A DNA stretch of 64,000 nucleotides from Balamuthia mandrillaris (lineage: Eukaryota): positions 248,001 through 312,000 of the forward strand of contig JAVKOQ020000003.1 in assembly GCA_031835245.2 (NCBI GenBank), given 5' to 3'. The position numbers and the translations under genes were made by a program. Positions 60,510-64,000 of the stretch are shown here, piece by piece (the first letter of the stretch is position 1; every line of letters starts with the position of its first letter). The notes beneath the pieces are model-generated. The model saw only the letters and a list, made by a program, of their open reading frames with translations, did no database searches and was not told the DNA's origin.

Positions 60510-61219
60510 GATTACCGGGTAGGGGCCTGTGCTTCGGTCCCCTTCTCTCTCACAGCCCAACCTTCTTTCCCGCCAAACAACAGCAGCACGGTTCCGATGA
60601 TCGAACCGAACGTCCAATCGGATTTCATATATCGTCATGACGACACGAAATTAGATCATTAAAATTATAAATTTAAATGCCTCCTTAGAATTCTAAATTT
60701 CTTCTCAAATAAAAAAAAGAGTGAAGAAAAAAGAAAAGCAGAAAGCAACATCCATCCAACAAAAACGACGTTTTGGGAATCACATCTACCTCCATCTTTT
60801 TTTTTAAAAAAAAAAACAAAACCTTCGCGTTTTGCCTCTTCTGCGATTTTAATTGCAAGATCTGCAACAAACTCGCAAGAGTGGCTTCCACCGTTTTCCC
60901 CCAAAGATCAAAATTTTCCTGCGTTAATCTCCGCGGAGCAACCAAGCCAATCCCTCCTTTTTGATCGTTTGCTTCACATTTGTTTATTTTTTGTTTATTT
61001 TTTAATTTTTTTTTCTTGTCGTTGGCCACAACGACGGGTCATCATTGCTCTACGCTAAGAAGGTTCGCCATCATAAGTATTTATTTTTTATTTTTATTTT
61101 TTGTATTTGAAATTATTTTTTCCAGCATTATTATTACCTTGCACTTTGTCTTTGTTGCTGCTGATCGTGTCATCGCCTTTTTCTTCAATTATTTTTCAAA
61201 ACCAACCAGCCGATTGGGA

Positions 61220-63479
61220 ATGGAAGCAGCATCCGCTGCTGAGGAGGTTGGGGGTTCAGCAACAAGGGAACTTTTCTCCAAATGTGTTGTGGAGGGCGCC
61301 CGAAGAGGAGGCAACACAAATGCTGGCAACGGTGCCCAGCAGGAGGCACAGGACCCGGCCTCTGACGACAAGGAAGAAGGGGACGACGAAGAGGTGGAGG
61401 AAGAATTGGAGACCCGGGGCCATCAACAACACAAAGCAAGGCAAACTAAACCGAATTTTACCACAACAACGACAACGACAGAGGAAGCACAAGGAGTGAG
61501 CGAACAACCACAAGAAGGAGGCTTTTTGGCGGAAGAAGGAGAAGAGGTGGACGAGGAAGGATACTCCTCACAGTCACAGCCTGCCCCTGTTTTTCGACGG
61601 TTGGTCTACACTTCGCCCACTGCTGAAACTATCACCGTGGAATGTTCCGACGAGGAGGTCCTCGAGATAGAAAAGTCCATTGCTACGCGAATGTCTGTAG
61701 CTATTCGCAAGCGATTAGGTATTTTGTCTGCTCTTTCTTGTTTGGAAACAAACCTCAGTTTGTTGTTATCTTTACACTCCCTACTTACTTACTTTGATAC
61801 AGAAAATTTGGGTCCTGATGCCTCGGTGTTGCATTTGGACAACATAACGGGTCGTGCTCTGGCTAAGGTGATGGAATATTGCTACGTCCACACGGTGCCT
61901 GATACCATTCACATCGACCTCAAGACGTGGGACGATAGATTCGTCCGACTTGACCCTGGCACTCTTTGCGAGCTTGCTTCTGTAAGTATTGTGAACTATG
62001 CTTGTTCTCGTTAATCGTATTCTTCTCGTCGTTTCTTTTCTGTTTTCTCCTTTTTATCTTGTCATAGTTGTCAACTCTCTGCTTTGCCATTTTCTTTGTT
62101 TTGGGTTACACGCAACTAATTATGTGGTGGAACTACTTTGTTAGGCTGCATATCATCTCGAAATCAAGCCTTTGGTGGATCTTACCTGCCAAGCTATTGC
62201 ACAGTTGCTGAAGGGAAAGAGTCCAGCTGAAATCAGGCGGACGTTCAACATTCTCTATGACTTCAGCCCTGAAGATGATGGTGAGTGTCCGACCATTTGT
62301 ATTAGTATGATCTCTACTTATTTACTTTTTATAACATTAGCGCCTCCACCAACAATTCGAGATAAGCTGCGGAATAAACTGTGTAACCCAAAACGAAGAG
62401 AAAAGCCAAAAAGCAACGCTCCAGAAAAAGAACCCGTTGGTAAGTTTCTTTTTTTATTTTTCGTGTTGACCTCATCCCTTGTTTATTTTTTCCTAGTGCT
62501 GAATGTTTATGAAGACACAAGGTCTGTTGATGAACTCGTGTCGTTCATCAATAACGACAGCAAGTCCGGACGGAACAAAAAGCCTGCAGGAAAGGCAGGC
62601 AAACGGGCGCGACAGCGAAGAAAGAAGCAAAAGAAATTGGGTCAAGAACAAAAGGCACAACAAACACAGAACGGCGGTACCACCAAATCACATCCTGGCA
62701 GTTTGCGGAGTTCGCGGGATCGAGACCACGAGAAAGAGGAGGAAGCTCACAATGGCACCTCCACACGACGTATGCTATCTAGCAGTGCCGTTCTGCCTCG
62801 GCAAAGCGGATTGGACCAAGATTCATCGTTCAAGAACGCTGCTTCGCGAGTGCGAACGGACGACGATAACCATTCCTTGCAACACACAACTGACTATGTA
62901 CAGACAACATCTCCTCATTCTTCTCCTCATCACTCTTGTAAAAAAATCGAGCAACAAGCATCTCCAAAAGGTTCGTTAACAAGCGAACAACAGCAACTAC
63001 AGTGGGAAGACACTGACAGCGACAGCAGCATTTCTGAAGAGGAGGACGAGGAAGGAGGCTTGGATAACCAAGAATTGCTTCAGATCTTAGGATTCAACCC
63101 GCAACACCCCACCAGCAGCAAATCCATACAGAAGCTCAACCGTACTAGAGACCATCTTAGTGGCGAGGGCGATGCAGACGGCAACGGAGACGGGCGCTCC
63201 TCCGGTGAGTGCTCTACGCCCGTTGCGCTGGAAGAGGACATTTGGACCGAAGAGGAAGATTTGGATGATATGGACCCGGAACTCAAGGCACAGCAAGACA
63301 AAGAAGTGGAAGAGTTTAGAGTGCGATTAGAACAGATCAACCAGACAGTATGCTACTCTCTCCTCCTTTATTTTTTCTTTTATTAATCTTTTCTCTCTTT
63401 CGCACAGACACTAAACCGGTCGCGGATATCTCTCCCCACAACATTATCACTGGCCTTGATTGACAGTCTACGCAGCTAG
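61220..63479 (+). CDS. SKP1-like protein, type II (long C-terminal extension)
   Basis: LAKVMEYC, WDDRFVRLDPGTLCELAS|AAYHLEIKPLVDLTCQAIAQLLKGKSPAEIRRTFNI, DTRSVDELVSFIN, DKEVEEFRVRL. Confidence 0.88.
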
Positions 63480-64000
63480 TTTAGTATGTCGTTGGTAGTG
63501 GTTGGTGGTGGTGGCGACGGTCATGGTGACAGCTGGTCAGCAAAACGTCATGGAGCAAGGACTTGTCTTGCGCATTCCAACAGATTTTTCATAAAACAAG
63601 GCACATTCCCTCTTCACCAGGTAACACAACCATACTTTGCTTGCTCTTCTACTCTTCCATCAACTGACTTGGTGCTTTTCACGCGAACCAAGGTCAAGGC
63701 AGATATTACAGCCGCTCGTGAGGAGGGGAGCTTGCTGCATTATTTATTTATTCATTCCAACGGAGAGAAGAGGTAAGGACGAACATCGCGGAAGCAGCCT
63801 TTTGATTTCTTCCTGGAGGCTGCGGACCTTTTTTCTTTTTCACCAAAACCTTTTCCTCCACAACAACGAGAAGAGAGAGCACTGGAGTACACATTAATAG
63901 CAGAACGAACGAAACAATAACATTTTTGAGTCAGCCCTGTGTTGCAGGTTCTCCTTTCTCTCTGCGTCACGCTAAGGCCTTCCATCCCTGCATCAATACC

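Noticed and set aside
1..64000. tRNA, rRNA or snRNA genes
   Set aside because: None recognised by eye; a covariance-model search would be needed to exclude small RNAs.

Overview
This is gene-dense, intron-rich eukaryotic DNA with short GT-AG introns. The gene set and intron style suggest a free-living protist, possibly an amoebozoan, which is an inference. Two gene-rich arms (1-29.5 kb and 41.8-63.5 kb) flank an AT-rich, CpG-depleted island of decayed retroelements (about 29.6-41.2 kb). Recognisable genes are a PH-PP2C phosphatase, DDX54/DBP10, mitochondrial uL13, glycogen branching enzyme, AP-2 sigma, POLR1C, a DH-PH RhoGEF, SOSS-B/NABP, NAC-alpha, Alba/RPP25-like, RRP12, an aldo-keto reductase, COQ2 and a type II SKP1-like protein. 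Five things stand out. (1) A gag-bearing element has LTR-like repeats that are inverted, capped by a terminal hairpin and flanked by a 4-bp TSD; a neighbouring Gypsy element shares the hairpin and a T8-GACAA motif in place of a tRNA primer-binding site. (2) A gene appears to fuse the SF3B1 N-terminus to a SNIP1/Pml1-type FHA domain. (3) A ~4300-aa, nearly intronless surface protein has RTX-like repeats, an EF-hand-like loop and a multi-pass membrane module. (4) CpG-to-TpG/CpA decay is visible across the repeats, pointing to CpG methylation. (5) There is an unassigned 2OG-Fe(II) oxygenase. All family assignments come from motif recognition by eye; no searches were run.
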